DNA of 64,000 bases from Candidatus Thorarchaeota archaeon (GTDB lineage Archaea > Asgardarchaeota > Thorarchaeia > Thorarchaeales > Thorarchaeaceae). Location of the stretch: NCBI GenBank assembly GCA_048882045.1, contig JBHLRZ010000001.1, forward strand, positions 69,693 to 133,692. Direction: 5' to 3'. Shown one piece after another: positions 9,716 through 18,455 of the stretch (positions are counted from its first letter, which is position 1; each line of letters begins with the position of its first letter). A program made the translations under genes and the position numbers. A model generated the notes under the pieces. It was not told the DNA's origin and made no database searches. It was given only the letters and a program-made list of their open reading frames with translations.

Positions 9716-10111
9716 ATGGGAAACAAGCTACAATTAGAGCCAGAAGCTACACCTTCAGTACTTTCCAATATCCCAAACACATTACAATCATTCCTCATGA
9801 ATTCAATCAGGAAAAAGACTCGTGAAAGAAAGACGGTTCTGGTGGCAAGTAATAGTCTGGCAAATCGGTTCATCTTGGAGCAGTGGGGAATAAGAGCATC
9901 TCAGAGGAGGAGATACAAGAACCTCTTTGCATCAGTGCGTCAACGATGCAGAGCAATGTTCCATAACTATCTCGCCCGTGGGAAAACAGAATGGGTTTCT
10001 GAAAGCAATAGGATAATCTTTGGTGTGTACAAGTTCGATGAGATAAGAGGGAATCTCATCTTGGCATTCGTGAAAGTTACATCTGAAACTGAGTGGTCAT
10101 TGCCAAGATGA
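9716..10111 (+). CDS. Hypothetical Arg-rich protein, doubtful
   Basis: 131-aa ORF convergent on the GTPase gene. No motif recognised; it may be non-coding. Confidence 0.25.
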   Translation: MGNKLQLEPEATPSVLSNIPNTLQSFLMNSIRKKTRERKTVLVASNSLANRFILEQWGIRASQRRRYKNLFASVRQRCRAMFHNYLARGKTEWVSESNRIIFGVYKFDEIRGNLILAFVKVTSETEWSLPR

Positions 10112-11002
10112 CTAAGCTTCACTCTCGATGCAAAGCAACTGTTCAACTGGCATATCAGGAACATCTATCTCAAAGAATTCAGATAATACTTGGACAAGTA
10201 TTTTGAGCAGATCCTCTCTGTAAGCCAAATCAATCGCCACCATTGCATGAGAAGATGACCCCATGACCTTGCTGATCGCTGTTGGATCTAGGGAATTGGG
10301 AGTGTCCTGTTTGTTAGCGAATATGACTATGGGCATCTCAGGATGCTCTTCCAGAATTTCGGAGAAGATTGTCTTTGAAGAGATGATATTCTTCAGGGTG
10401 GAGTCAGTTATTAGGAATATCATGTCTGTCAAAGAAAAGTCCCAGAGTTTACCAGCAGCCTCACGTCCCGCAAAGTCGAAAATCACTATATCGTAGTTTG
10501 CGAACTTCATGTCCCTAATGACTTCACAATTTACTGCGATTGTTGGAATATGAGTGTCTGGAGGTTCTATTCCCATCAGAAGATGAAGAAGTGAAGTCTT
10601 TCCGACTCCCAGATTTCCTACTAGAGCAATCACGAATTGAGATTGGACAAAACGCGCAATGATTTGTTCATAGTTCTCCTTTACATATTTCATTGTTTGT
10701 TTTTCCATGATTGAGCGAAGTGAAGTTGCGGCTCGATTTATCTTGCTGATTGTATCATCATCATTGGTGTCGTCATCAACTACAAAGATGATTATTCCTT
10801 TGCCACATTCTCGACTCACGAATTTGTATTCTCCGATAGTGACTGGCTTGTATTTTAAACGCTCAGATTTCTTGATTAACTTCTCAAGTTGTGACAGATA
10901 CTGCTTGATAATCTTCATCGGAATTGAATCCGCCCAATATTCTGATGATGCAATCTTGCGCCTGTTCTTTGCATTCAGCAAGATTGTGCTATATATCATC
11001 AC
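10112..11002 (-). CDS. Ras-superfamily small GTPase with N-terminal ~120-aa longin/roadblock-like extension
   Basis: G1 GNLGVGKTS, switch-I Thr (HIPTIAV), G3 DFAGRE (Ras-like DTAGQE with Gln to Arg), G4 NKQD. The N-terminal region is rich in beta-strands and helices (IIIFVVDDD...). Confidence 0.8.
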   Translation of the reverse strand: MMIYSTILLNAKNRRKIASSEYWADSIPMKIIKQYLSQLEKLIKKSERLKYKPVTIGEYKFVSRECGKGIIIFVVDDDTNDDDTISKINRAATSLRSIMEKQTMKYVKENYEQIIARFVQSQFVIALVGNLGVGKTSLLHLLMGIEPPDTHIPTIAVNCEVIRDMKFANYDIVIFDFAGREAAGKLWDFSLTDMIFLITDSTLKNIISSKTIFSEILEEHPEMPIVIFANKQDTPNSLDPTAISKVMGSSSHAMVAIDLAYREDLLKILVQVLSEFFEIDVPDMPVEQLLCIESEA

Positions 11003-11137
11003 GCGGAACCTCCTCTAGGCAGGTATTCTATGAATTTTCTATTCTTAAGCTGTTGTCTTATAGACTGGAATTAAGGGCCACGGAAAACTAGTGATAATGG
11101 AAAAGATGAAAAGGCATGTCAAAGTCAGAGGCATTAA

Positions 11138-11258
11138 GCCGAGGTAGCCAAGCCCGGTTCACGGCGACAGCCTGGAACCAACAGTCGTACGAGCGATTGT
11201 CGCTCAGACAGCTGTTCTCCAATAGGAGGCATGAGTTCAAATCTCATCCTCGGCGCCA
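11138..11258 (+). tRNA. tRNA-Ser(GGA) with 32-nt intron at canonical 37/38 position, CCA encoded
   Basis: Manual fold: acceptor GCCGAGG/CCTCGGC, 3-bp D stem GCC/GGC, anticodon stem ACAGC/GCTGT, loop CUGGAA|intron|A giving anticodon GGA, long variable arm CTCC-AATA-GGAG, T arm ATGAG-TTCAAAT-CTCAT, discriminator G, CCA. Confidence 0.75.
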
Positions 11259-11260
11259 AC

Positions 11261-12361
11261 TTACTCCTTGTGTTCTATAAATGACATTTCACCAACATAG
11301 CTGATGCCCATCATCTCTTTTACTCGTTCAGGTTCTTTCGTATGACCAAGAACCCATGCAAGCTTCACGAGTGCCGCTTCAGAAGTCATGTCATAGGCAC
11401 TCATAGCTCCAACCTCCAATGCAGCTCGTCCAACCTCATAGATGGACAGGTCTGCTTGACCAAATGCACACTGTGAACTGATCATGACGAAACACCCTTG
11501 ATCAATGGCTTGGAGGATTCCGCCTGTCAGGGCGTTCTCATCAGTAGGGACATTGCCAGATCCGAATCCCTCAATGATTATCCCATGGTAACCCAAGTCT
11601 ACAATCCGCGAAAGAATCTGGGGTGGCATACCCGGGAACACCTTGAGAAGAAACACGCGGTCATCAATACGTGTGTCAAACCGAGGTATTAGACCGTGGT
11701 CACGTTTCTTTCGACCTTCATAGAGGACAATATCACGTGCAAGCAGACCTAGAGGAGAAGGGTCCATTGAATCAAAGGCGTCGTACGAATTTACACGTAC
11801 CTTCTTGGCTCGAGTCGATCGATGAATCTCACCATTGAACACTATGCAGGTCTCGCCTAAGTCCCCGAAAGCAGCAACTCGAATAGCGTCTAGTAGATTC
11901 CTCGGACCATCACTCCATGGTACTGATGCGGGTATCTGAGACCCTGTGAACACAATTGGCCGGCCAAATTCTTGAACCATGAAACTGACTGCTGCTGCTG
12001 CGTACGTCATTGTGTCGGTCCCATGGGTGATAACGATACCAGTGAGGTCTTGGATCTCTTCATTCACCTCTTTAATGGTGCTCGCTAAATCTTGCCAGTG
12101 ATGTGGTTGTGCGTTTGCAGAATCCAGTTGGTAGAGCTCTTTCCAGACGACCTCGATATTGTCCATACCTTTAGGAAGGCGTTCGATGAGCTCCTCGATA
12201 GACAGTCCAGGGCGAAGTGCCCTTGTACCAGAGTCATAGACACTGGAGATTGTTCCTCCTGTAGTGATGATACAGACTTTGACATTATTTTCAGAGCTCA
12301 GTTTCACACACCTGTGTCCACGAGCTCTTGCTGATTTATCCGTGTTTTGCTTGAGTTTCAA
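11261..12361 (-). CDS. L-asparaginase, type I (archaeal)
   Basis: IITTGGTISS catalytic Thr motif, HGTDTM, and a C-terminal KLAWVLGHTKEPERVKEMMG motif like Pyrococcus asparaginase. Confidence 0.8.
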   Translation of the reverse strand: MKLKQNTDKSARARGHRCVKLSSENNVKVCIITTGGTISSVYDSGTRALRPGLSIEELIERLPKGMDNIEVVWKELYQLDSANAQPHHWQDLASTIKEVNEEIQDLTGIVITHGTDTMTYAAAAVSFMVQEFGRPIVFTGSQIPASVPWSDGPRNLLDAIRVAAFGDLGETCIVFNGEIHRSTRAKKVRVNSYDAFDSMDPSPLGLLARDIVLYEGRKKRDHGLIPRFDTRIDDRVFLLKVFPGMPPQILSRIVDLGYHGIIIEGFGSGNVPTDENALTGGILQAIDQGCFVMISSQCAFGQADLSIYEVGRAALEVGAMSAYDMTSEAALVKLAWVLGHTKEPERVKEMMGISYVGEMSFIEHKE

Positions 12362-13305
12362 TCGTTCTCTGTAGGTTTGATGACCACAGCAGAACCATCC
12401 CGACCAAGTTGGATTTTCATACCATCGCGAGCAAGTACGGAGTTAGGAAAAACCTTCCTTGCCTCCTCGATGATTTCATTCCCCTCAAAATATCGAGGAC
12501 TGTAATGAGTAAGTACGAGAAGATTGGTTCCAGCGTCACGAGCCAACTCTGCAGCATCTGTTGCTGTAGAATGACCTCTCTCGTCTGCAAGATTACTATG
12601 TTCGGTGGTGTACATTGCTTCACTGATCAGGATATCAGCATCAGTGGACGACTCTCGAAGTGCCTCGCAAGGGCGAGTGTCACCAGAGTATACAATCTTA
12701 ATTGACTTGGGACCAAGTTCTGTGACCATCTCTGGGGTGACAATGAAACCATTGTCTAGGACAATTGTTTTGCCTGATGCTAGTGATTTCCAAAGTGGAC
12801 CCTCTGGGACACCAAGCTCTTCAGCTTTAAGCGGAAGGAATTTTCCAGTCGGGCGGGACCATATGATTTCGTAGCCAAGTGCATACCCTCGATGCTCTAC
12901 CTCAAACGCACGCACTGTCAGGTGTTGTTCTTGGAAGATAACTCCTGGTCCAATCGAGCGGACTTCCGCCTCAAATGTTGTTCCCAGATTGATCGTAGAC
13001 TGATTGACCTTGACGTATTCAATGAGCTCCTCTGGACCAAAGATGAGCAAAGGTTTGATTCTACCAAGCAATGAGAAACGAAAGAGTAAGCCAGGCAGGC
13101 CAAGAACATGATCTGCATGAACATGACTGATGAAAATGGCCATCTTCTTGTTCAATCCTAGGCTAAGCTTTTCATACTGTCTTTGAACATCCTCGCCAGC
13201 ATCGAAAAGTAACACCCACCCTTCATATCGGATTGCAATGGATGGATGATTTCGACCTTTTGTGGGAATCGATCCACCTGTGCCAAGAAAGACAATTTCA
13301 ATCAT
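12358..13305 (-). CDS. rnz: Ribonuclease Z (tRNA 3'-processing endonuclease, metallo-beta-lactamase)
   Basis: IVFLGTGGSIP, HVHADHVLG (HxHxDH). Probable start at the internal Met of MIEIVFLG; the ORF track runs to 13362. Confidence 0.85.
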   Translation of the reverse strand: MIEIVFLGTGGSIPTKGRNHPSIAIRYEGWVLLFDAGEDVQRQYEKLSLGLNKKMAIFISHVHADHVLGLPGLLFRFSLLGRIKPLLIFGPEELIEYVKVNQSTINLGTTFEAEVRSIGPGVIFQEQHLTVRAFEVEHRGYALGYEIIWSRPTGKFLPLKAEELGVPEGPLWKSLASGKTIVLDNGFIVTPEMVTELGPKSIKIVYSGDTRPCEALRESSTDADILISEAMYTTEHSNLADERGHSTATDAAELARDAGTNLLVLTHYSPRYFEGNEIIEEARKVFPNSVLARDGMKIQLGRDGSAVVIKPTEND

Positions 13306-13362
13306 CAGACAGTCTTGTGAGGTTAGAAACTTGGACAAGATATGACTTGCGACTAATGGCAT

Positions 13363-14775
13363 TCAAGCTAAATCGAGAGGGATGTTCTTCGGAGAAGCCT
13401 CCCTTCGAACGACACTGTATGTATAAGCATCAAAGAACTTGGAAACATCCCACTTCCATTGGTCCTTTCTCCGATCATACAATGCAGCAACTTTTGATGT
13501 ACCACCTACTCCAGCAGCAACAACATGAGCTGAGTAGTCATGTATCTTTGATGTTTCATCGTTCAGGACATCAATCAGATTCTGTCCTGATCCAGCAGGT
13601 AGTGCAGAAACTAGCAACACTTTCTTTTCGGATGGATCTTCTAAGTTTTGAATCCGAGAGTGATACGTGAGAGGAAGATAATCCCATGCGGGAATAATGT
13701 CACCTGAACATTCTGGACTGAGCAGACAGATGACGCGGTCACTCAGAGCAGGGATGTTCACTCGAGCGCGAGGCAAAACAATTCCCTTCCTCAAGAGTTG
13801 AGTTCGTTTCCGAAACGCTGTTGAAGATGACAGTTTGGTAGCCTTAACAATGTCCGCAGCTGTCCCCCCATAATTGTCGACCAATGCGTCTATTATCTTC
13901 ACATCAGCGTATGTAAATCCATGAGGCTTTGGAGGAATAGCAGGGGCAACATCCGCCAAGACAAGGGGATTGCCTCCTTTCCTCAACATTAGCCGGAAAT
14001 GGAGAAGGTCAAGATTCCATCCTCTGTTTGGACTAAAGTAACGACCATTCAACTGCGGTCTTCCTGCGGAGAGCCCCCACACAGACACACTTCCTGTGCT
14101 GTTACGGAAACTCTTGATTGTGTCCAAGAATTCCTGTCGCTTGTCGTGGGGGATTGTTGCCACTACAAGTACTAATGGAGAATATCCATCAATCATCAAG
14201 GTCTTCTGAACATAGGGTCCAGACAGAACTAAAGTTGGGTTTTCGAACATGATTAGAACCCTTTCTAGTCCCAGTTTGTGTGTATTGAGCATCCCGCCAG
14301 TTTTCAAGACCTCTGAATCATTCAACCGCTTGTACGCACGACGTGTCTGACCATAGGATAGTCTTGCACGTTCAGCAATGACATTCAAGGACTCTCCAGG
14401 GTTCTTGATTGCAGCCTCAAGATATGGGAGCTCTGTTCTTGAAAGGACAGAGATGTTTTCCTCCCACAGGTCTACAATCAGACTCATGACATCGCGTTGA
14501 CTGATTATCGTTACATCACCAAGCTTGACAACTTCCTCTAGACGACGAGTAAGAAGAAGATAAAGACTGCCTCGATATGAGAGGACTATCTTCCTCAAAA
14601 GCTTGAAGTCTGCATCCTCTGTAAAGACCTCAAGTTGACCTCCCTCTTCAAAAGTCCTGACAAAACGTAAGACAGCCATTGCACTCGGGGATAGTTTCTC
14701 CCAGAATTTTGGAGTGTCGCTATCAGACATTATCGTTTCATCCTGACCATCCTGTACCAAATCTGGCTCAGTCAT
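13363..14775 (-). CDS. Multi-wHTH transcriptional regulator (Lrp/AsnC-like HTH repeats), hypothetical
   Basis: At least two HTH segments (NVIAERARLSYGQTRRAYKRL; AADIVKATKLSSSTAFRKRTQLLRKGIV), 470 aa. Confidence 0.5.
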   Translation of the reverse strand: MTEPDLVQDGQDETIMSDSDTPKFWEKLSPSAMAVLRFVRTFEEGGQLEVFTEDADFKLLRKIVLSYRGSLYLLLTRRLEEVVKLGDVTIISQRDVMSLIVDLWEENISVLSRTELPYLEAAIKNPGESLNVIAERARLSYGQTRRAYKRLNDSEVLKTGGMLNTHKLGLERVLIMFENPTLVLSGPYVQKTLMIDGYSPLVLVVATIPHDKRQEFLDTIKSFRNSTGSVSVWGLSAGRPQLNGRYFSPNRGWNLDLLHFRLMLRKGGNPLVLADVAPAIPPKPHGFTYADVKIIDALVDNYGGTAADIVKATKLSSSTAFRKRTQLLRKGIVLPRARVNIPALSDRVICLLSPECSGDIIPAWDYLPLTYHSRIQNLEDPSEKKVLLVSALPAGSGQNLIDVLNDETSKIHDYSAHVVAAGVGGTSKVAALYDRRKDQWKWDVSKFFDAYTYSVVRREASPKNIPLDLA

Positions 14776-14860
14776 AATAGTCCCCCACGGACATCGTTCT
14801 AAACTTGAGTAATATTATACTACAGTGTCATCTGGGGAGAATATAAGACCGTAAAGTCTG

Positions 14861-15613
14861 TCAGAGCGGCTTACTGTCAGTCCATAGAGACTCAAAATAC
14901 GCACGAGCCATGGATGCAAAGAGGCTGGCACTCGAATAGATGCCAACGAATTCTGTATCGGACTCGCCTCCTGCAAGCATGATCAGAGTCTGCTGTTCAT
15001 CTACAACCAAGCCCACACCAAAGACTCTCTCTCTTGTTTTTACTTCAAAGTTCGAAGGTATCAATGGAATTATCGTATCAGGGACATTGGATGTGAGGAT
15101 GCGTGTGTGTGATTTGACAGATAGAACATTCTCAGCCACAGTTGTTAGATCCTCCATTTCCAGATCAAGACCAGGAATCGAGAGGAGAACTTCATCTTTC
15201 GCTGACTCAAGCATCTCTACAGCCTTTGAAAGGATCGCTGCACGTCCATGCATCACATAGACATCTCTGGTCGTGACCTTTGTTTCCTGTTCGTATAAGG
15301 GTTGGAGCTCATCGATAACAAGCTGACTTGACTGCTCAAGCTTATGTTCCCAGTCGAGTCGAATAACTCGGACTACCTCAGTCGGAGACTTAGCAACATA
15401 GATTGTGGGGCGACCTCGTTTTACAATTATGAACTGCTTCTCCTCAAGTCGGCCTAAGACATCGTATATCCGGGAATAGGGGACCTTTGACTTGGCTGAT
15501 ATGTCGGATGCACCCATCTGTCCCCCTTCCACCAAGGCGAGATACGCCTGGGTTTCATATTCTGTGAGACCTAGCTGTCGGAGAGCCTTTAGGGTAGCAT
15601 CACTCACTGACAT
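14861..15613 (-). CDS. TrmB-family transcriptional regulator
   Basis: N-terminal LGLTEYETQAYLALVEGGQMGASDISAKSKVPYSRIYDVLGRLEEKQFI matches the TrmB wHTH, and the C-terminal region matches a TrmB effector domain. Confidence 0.75.
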   Translation of the reverse strand: MSVSDATLKALRQLGLTEYETQAYLALVEGGQMGASDISAKSKVPYSRIYDVLGRLEEKQFIIVKRGRPTIYVAKSPTEVVRVIRLDWEHKLEQSSQLVIDELQPLYEQETKVTTRDVYVMHGRAAILSKAVEMLESAKDEVLLSIPGLDLEMEDLTTVAENVLSVKSHTRILTSNVPDTIIPLIPSNFEVKTRERVFGVGLVVDEQQTLIMLAGGESDTEFVGIYSSASLFASMARAYFESLWTDSKPL

Positions 15614-15643
15614 TGTATTTCCCTGTTTCAGATGTCAGCTTCT

Positions 15644-15668
15644 GTCTTAAGGCTTATCAGCTTAAGAC
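15644..15668. promoter_or_regulatory. Inverted repeat GTCTTAAG-N9-CTTAAGAC in divergent promoter region
   Basis: Perfect 8-bp arms seen directly, between the TrmB-like gene (minus) and the 15767 gene (plus). Candidate operator. Confidence 0.35.
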
Positions 15669-15766
15669 TGAAATGAGAGTGTTTTTATCTCGCCAAGGAA
15701 TTTGGAAAATCAGGAGGGGCCAGAACAAGTCCTCTATTTTATGAATCAAGGAGAAGGCGTCATCTC

Positions 15767-16786
15767 ATGACTCGAGATAAGAAACTTGCCAAAGACACGC
15801 CAGCATCAAAACTGCTTGAAGATTTTGTTGATTCGGATCTCATTCCAGATGATAGTGCCCACAGAAAAATGAGTGATGATGAATACATTGAGATGATGTT
15901 AAGAAAAGAAGCTGAACGCAAAACTCTGAGAAGTAGGCGTGATAAATCATTATCAGAAGAAACACATATGGAATCAGAGAACGAGGTGATACCAGAAATA
16001 CCAGAGGGATCATGTCCCTCGTGCTATTACTGCACAATAATCAGAAGAATCGGATCAAGTGTATACTGCGTATGTGCAAATCCAAAGCGAACCATTGATG
16101 GCATGTACTATGACTATCGTATTTGGGTCAAAAGTGAGTTGGACTTGGCTTGTCACCGTGAGCCTCCTTTAAGAGGAGTTCAGAAACTCATCATACAGAA
16201 GGTCGAAGAACAGCATATTCTACTAGAACCAAACATACCTGGTGAAACCAATCCGGAGGAGAAATATACTATTAGTGATGAGTCAGAATCGGTAAACCTC
16301 TTTGACGACAGATTCGAGCTTGTCGAACGAGTTGATGACACCCCTGATATTGAAGACCCAGACGTCCCAAATCTGAATATACGTCCACCAGAGCGGCCAA
16401 AGATGGATCTTGAGTCAGAGCTCAGAAATATCGAAACATTATCTCCTGAAGAGATTGCTGAATCTCCTGATGAGAGAGTTGATACTCTGTTTAGAGAAGA
16501 AACAATTGCAGTATACAAACATAGAGCACTTGAAACACTTGAGAAGTATAGAAAAGAAAGACCACTAGACCAGAAGCAGTCTGAGGTCCAACCAATCGTT
16601 TCTGAGAAGATGGCACCGATGAGAAACTGTGAATCTTGCTACTTCTGTGTTAATAACAAACGAATCGGTGGTTCCAGCTGGGTTCATTGCACCAACATTG
16701 TAAGATCAGCTGATTCTGTGACTGCAGCATCATGGGTTAAAAGCAAGCTCAATGCGGCCTGCTGGAAACGACCAGAGTCACTCTGA
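15767..16786 (+). CDS. Hypothetical protein with duplicated Cys-rich (C-x2-C-x2-C ... C-x-C ... WVKS-x-L-x2-AC) domain and acidic linker
   Basis: Two copies of the motif (CPSCYYCTII...YCVCANPKR...WVKSELDLACHREP and CESCYFCVNN...VHCTNIV...WVKSKLNAACWKRP) separated by an Asp/Glu-rich region. Confidence 0.55.
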   Translation: MTRDKKLAKDTPASKLLEDFVDSDLIPDDSAHRKMSDDEYIEMMLRKEAERKTLRSRRDKSLSEETHMESENEVIPEIPEGSCPSCYYCTIIRRIGSSVYCVCANPKRTIDGMYYDYRIWVKSELDLACHREPPLRGVQKLIIQKVEEQHILLEPNIPGETNPEEKYTISDESESVNLFDDRFELVERVDDTPDIEDPDVPNLNIRPPERPKMDLESELRNIETLSPEEIAESPDERVDTLFREETIAVYKHRALETLEKYRKERPLDQKQSEVQPIVSEKMAPMRNCESCYFCVNNKRIGGSSWVHCTNIVRSADSVTAASWVKSKLNAACWKRPESL

Positions 16787-17341
16787 ATACCATTTCAAGA
16801 ATGCCTCAAATGCTTTTGTCCTATGTGATATTCTAACCTTCTCTTCAAAGGTGAGTTCAGCATATGTCTTTGAGTGCCCCTCTGGTACAAAGATTGGGTC
16901 ATATCCGAATCCACCAATTCCAGCTGCTTCATCAGCAACAGAACCAGACATAATCCCAACAAATGTTTCTAGACACTCACCATCAAAAAATCCCACTGCA
17001 GTTTTAAAAACTGATGCTCGTTTTGTCTTGTCCTTCATCAGCTGCAAAATCCCTGCATATCCTATGTATCTGAGAACCATACCGGCGTATGAACCAGGAA
17101 ATCCATTGAGTGCCTCAACGAAGAACCCAGTGTCATCTACAACAACAGGCTTTTTGAGAGATTCAAATGCAGTCTTAGCGGCTGCACGTGCTATCTCCTC
17201 AATGTTGTCCGATCGAATCTCATGCTTCTCAATTGAAGTGGTTTCGAAATCCACATTGTATTTCTTGAAGAGAGGAGTAAGCTCCTTGAGTTTGTGTTTG
17301 TTTTGAGTGACCAGGACTATCTTATCCCTTGACATATTCAA
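16778..17341 (-). CDS. Non-canonical purine NTP pyrophosphatase (Ham1/ITPase/RdgB)
   Basis: DTGFFVEALNGFPGSY and GFGYDPIF motifs. Confidence 0.9.
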   Translation of the reverse strand: MNMSRDKIVLVTQNKHKLKELTPLFKKYNVDFETTSIEKHEIRSDNIEEIARAAAKTAFESLKKPVVVDDTGFFVEALNGFPGSYAGMVLRYIGYAGILQLMKDKTKRASVFKTAVGFFDGECLETFVGIMSGSVADEAAGIGGFGYDPIFVPEGHSKTYAELTFEEKVRISHRTKAFEAFLKWYSE

Positions 17342-18455
17342 GGATCTCCTTGATTACACTGTAAGATGGTTTGGTCTTCTCAAGATCAAACATGCCTGTC
17401 GCGTTCCAGAGAATGACATGTTCAAGCCCTTCTTTCACCAAGTCTTCAAGGATTCCAATGAGGGTTTCTTTGTCGCCGGACATATAGAACTCATGTAAAA
17501 CTTCCAGTGGCACCTTTTCAATAGCGTCTAGTGTGGTCTTTCGATCATATCGCATTGGAACATAGGTAGTTAGACCATGAAAATTATCACCAAAAGGATG
17601 TGAGTATCCTAAACGTACCCAGTCTTTTGCTGAATGCATTAGAGCAAATGCTTTGGCAAGGGGAGTTTTCATCATCCTCTCACATTCCATTGGATCATCA
17701 TCAATAATGCACCATTTCCACAGGGCTGCAGTGAAAGGTCCAGTGCGATTTAGTTTCTTTCTGTAATCCTGAATGATTCTTAGACCCTCTCCGTATTGCT
17801 TTGCGCTTGCGACAGATGGGATCCATCCATCGCCAAATTCAGCGGCAATCTTCAGCATTTTGGGGCCCATGGCGGCTATCCAGATTGGCGGTGGTTTTCC
17901 GTCCACGGCAGGCGTTAGAGACAAGACTGCGTCTTTGAGTTTCCAGTAGCGACCGTCATAGTTGAATGGTTCATGGGTGTTCCAAGCTACTTTGATGATT
18001 TCAAGAGCCTCTCTTAGCTTCCCAACCTGACCAGAGTAGTTAAGGCCATAGGGTTCAATATTCTCAATCTCGCCAGCTCCAATACCAAGTACTGTTCTTC
18101 CTCTACTGATATGGTCGAGTGTAAGAAAGGTCTGGGCGATAAGGATTGGATGTCGTCTGATTGGTTCAGTAACTGAAGAGATCAGCTGAACATTCTCAGT
18201 AACTGCTGCGCAGGCGCTCATTATGCTAGATAGCTCGTAGTATGTGTGAGGCGATTGTTGAAAGACAGCCAGTGGTGTAATATCAGGGGTCCAGATGCTC
18301 TGAGGTACAAACCCTGCAAAGTGGTCTGGAAATGCCATACTGTCATACCCTAGAGAGTCTATCGTCTTTGCATTCTTCAGAGCATTGTCCCAGGGTGGGA
18401 GGAAGGGACCAGGTGCTCCAATCTTCAAGTCATGTATATCAATCATTATTTGCAC
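17322..18455 (-). CDS. Luciferase-like (LLM) flavin/F420-dependent oxidoreductase
   Basis: TIM-barrel LLM family features (AFPDHFAGF, LGIGAGE), ~377 aa. Confidence 0.6.
   Translation of the reverse strand: MQIMIDIHDLKIGAPGPFLPPWDNALKNAKTIDSLGYDSMAFPDHFAGFVPQSIWTPDITPLAVFQQSPHTYYELSSIMSACAAVTENVQLISSVTEPIRRHPILIAQTFLTLDHISRGRTVLGIGAGEIENIEPYGLNYSGQVGKLREALEIIKVAWNTHEPFNYDGRYWKLKDAVLSLTPAVDGKPPPIWIAAMGPKMLKIAAEFGDGWIPSVASAKQYGEGLRIIQDYRKKLNRTGPFTAALWKWCIIDDDPMECERMMKTPLAKAFALMHSAKDWVRLGYSHPFGDNFHGLTTYVPMRYDRKTTLDAIEKVPLEVLHEFYMSGDKETLIGILEDLVKEGLEHVILWNATGMFDLEKTKPSYSVIKEILEYVKG

Noticed and set aside
16180-16518. Ser-rich 112-aa antisense ORF inside the Cys-rich duplicated-domain gene
   Set aside because: Low-complexity Ser/Gly/Thr run on the strand opposite a coding region with clear domain repeats. 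Probably not expressed.
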